From NCBI GenBank assembly GCA_015490555.1, contig WFXO01000061.1, positions 7,221-71,220 of the forward strand: 64,000 nucleotides of DNA, given 5' to 3'. Made by a program: the position numbers and the translations under genes. Numbering within the stretch: position 1 is the first letter of the stretch; each line of letters starts with the position of its first letter. The notes under the pieces are model-generated. The model made no database searches and was not told where the DNA came from. It saw only the letters and a program-made list of their open reading frames with translations. Of the stretch, positions 62,478 to 64,000 are shown in pieces. Origin of the DNA: a candidate division WOR-3 bacterium. Lineage in GTDB: Bacteria > Hydrothermota > Hydrothermia > WGAB01.

Positions 62478-64000
62478 ATGGCACTGTGGGTTGCCCTGAG
62501 CGTATTGGTGTCGACCATCCATGTCCAGGAGTCCTTTGAGGGATTTTTCCCTCCCCCTGGCTGGGTAGTGTTGGACTATGGGAATCCCGGCTATGAGTGG
62601 GAACAAACTAACCAAAAGGCCCGGTCTGGCCAATATTCCGCGGCGGTTTTCTATGGCCCTCAAAGTGTACAACAAAACGAATGGCTGGTAACCCCGCTCA
62701 TCGATTTGACCAACGAAGCGAATTGTTACCTTGTGTTCTGGGAGGATGAGGACTACTGGCAGGGCTATGGAGATCATCACCGCATTCGGGTTTCTACCAG
62801 TTCTCCCACAGATACGAGCACTTTCGTCACCGTGCTGGATATGACTCCCGGGAACCACCCGATTCAGGGCTTTGATGGTGACCCTGTGATTGTGGATCTC
62901 TCCGCGTATACAGGCCAGACAATTTATGTCGCCTTTCAATACACCGGGGTATGGGCGGATAACTGGTACGTCGATGATATTGTGATCTTTTCGGCCTTAA
63001 ACCATGATGTGTTGGCGGAGGCCGTTGTTTCTCCAGAACTCTTTGCCCCTCAAGACACTGCAATCACTCCCTGGGTCCGCGTAGCCAACATTGGTTTCTC
63101 GACCGAATCTTTCTATGTTCATCTGAAGGTTTACGACGCACAGGGGGACCTTCAATACCACGATTCGACATGGGTGGATCAACTGGCAATGATGGAAGAA
63201 ATGGAACTTCCCTTATCCCCGGTTACCCTGGGTTCGAACAATCCGTACACGTTCGTGTCTTATACGGCGTTGAGTACCGATGAAGATCCCACGAACGATA
63301 CTACGGAAACCCAGGTGTACGCTTGGTCTGTGACACGTACCCCATTCGTGGAAATGATCACGAATACCGGGTGTCCTCCTTGTGGACCGGCCGATGAGCA
63401 GTTAGATCAAATTGCCGAATCGATGGGGGATTCCATTGCCATTATTCGGTATCATGCATGGTGGCCCTCAGCTGCGGATCCATTTTATCAGGCCAATATC
63501 CCCGAAAATACAGCACGGATTAACTACTATGGAGCCGACTACACGCCCCACTTGTGGATCAATGGAACCCTTTTTGACGCCGATGCAAACACGGGGCAGT
63601 GGAACACTTGGATCCATGATGCTCTTCGGGTACCCAGCCCCTGGGCCCTTTGGGTAGAAGGTGTCTATGATCCTGGCAATCAAACGGGAGAGGTCTACGT
63701 GACCGTGCAGGCTGTGGATTTAATCCCTTACACGGATGTCCGTCTCCGGGCCGCCGTGATCGAGAACGACATTTATTACGCAGCCCCGAATGGGTCCGTA
63801 TGGCACCACCAGACCTTCCGGGATATGTTTCCAGATGTGAATGGCATTCCGCTGACGTTGGATCCTGGCGAGTCGGTTACAGAAACTCTGGCTTTCACGA
63901 TCGACCCGAACTGGGTGTGGTCGAATTGTGAAGTTGTTGTTTTCCTACAGGATGATGGGACCAAGCACGCCCTCAATGCAGATCGTGTAGCCTTGTCCGA
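62478..64000 (+). CDS. Secreted protein: choice-of-anchor-J-like domain plus Ig-like region plus Omp28-like thioredoxin-fold module (CxxC); 3' end runs off the window
   Basis: Absent from the ORF track (no stop in the window). AAGGAGG Shine-Dalgarno 5 nt before ATG 62478. My translation: MALWVALSVLVSTIHVQESFEGFFPPPGWVVLDYGN...NEWLVTPLIDL...GQTIYVAFQYTG..NWYVDDIVIF...VEMITNTGCPPCG (nt 63372-63383)...IIRYHAWWPSAADPFY...VVVFLQDDGTKHALNA. It stays open to nt 64000. Confidence 0.8.
   Translation, partial: MALWVALSVLVSTIHVQESFEGFFPPPGWVVLDYGNPGYEWEQTNQKARSGQYSAAVFYGPQSVQQNEWLVTPLIDLTNEANCYLVFWEDEDYWQGYGDHHRIRVSTSSPTDTSTFVTVLDMTPGNHPIQGFDGDPVIVDLSAYTGQTIYVAFQYTGVWADNWYVDDIVIFSALNHDVLAEAVVSPELFAPQDTAITPWVRVANIGFSTESFYVHLKVYDAQGDLQYHDSTWVDQLAMMEEMELPLSPVTLGSNNPYTFVSYTALSTDEDPTNDTTETQVYAWSVTRTPFVEMITNTGCPPCGPADEQLDQIAESMGDSIAIIRYHAWWPSAADPFYQANIPENTARINYYGADYTPHLWINGTLFDADANTGQWNTWIHDALRVPSPWALWVEGVYDPGNQTGEVYVTVQAVDLIPYTDVRLRAAVIENDIYYAAPNGSVWHHQTFRDMFPDVNGIPLTLDPGESVTETLAFTIDPNWVWSNCEVVVFLQDDGTKHALNADRVALS

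Overview
Dense 64-kb chromosomal segment that is almost entirely coding. I count about 57 CDS. I saw no rRNA, tRNA, CRISPR array, transposase, integrase or phage structural gene. The only sizeable non-coding stretch is 3493-3945. The host looks like a diderm bacterium of moderately high GC (LpxK, LptF/G permease, OM-barrel-like proteins ending in Phe). At least five proteins end in T9SS-type (Por_Secre_tail-like) C-terminal sorting domains. Together with a complete Alternative Complex III operon, this suggests an FCB-group-like or related uncultured lineage; that is inference only. Content: two M16 peptidase pairs, Gfo/Idh/MocA oxidoreductase, COG3044-type ABC-ATPase, OsmC, SfsA, an RsmF-C-terminal/PUA-like-HAD fusion, S41 Ctp peptidase, pyrimidine-nucleoside phosphorylase, MnmA, PstB-PhoU without PstSCA, TrmB, and a TlpA plus thioredoxin-fold surface-protein cluster. 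Also present: Sir2(CobB)-NadC-NadA-RNase HII-like operon, S8 peptidase, LpxK, a sugar-nucleotide operon (PMM, YhhQ, NTP-transferase), SpoIID/LytB, actABCDEF, PyrG, FolK, a DAK2-DegV fusion, an FG-GAP protein, a 1365-aa multi-GAF hybrid histidine kinase, two Zn-ADHs and a cupin. Main non-obvious signals: (1) about 12 transcription-unit heads have a TATAAT-like -10 box only 6-9 nt from the start codon, which implies leaderless mRNAs. (2) The one large intergenic region holds a REP/REPIN-like inverted pair (GTAG head plus hairpin with compensatory changes) and 18-nt GC-rich palindromic repeats. (3) An operon of four consecutive CxxC thioredoxin-fold exported proteins plus an OM barrel, with a third copy of the same ~230-aa module at the window end, is my best candidate for an undescribed system. 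(4) That barrel gene is split by a 1-nt frame change. (5) Several fusions and gene contexts are unusual. All functional calls come from motif recognition by eye; no database, HMM or structure search was possible.
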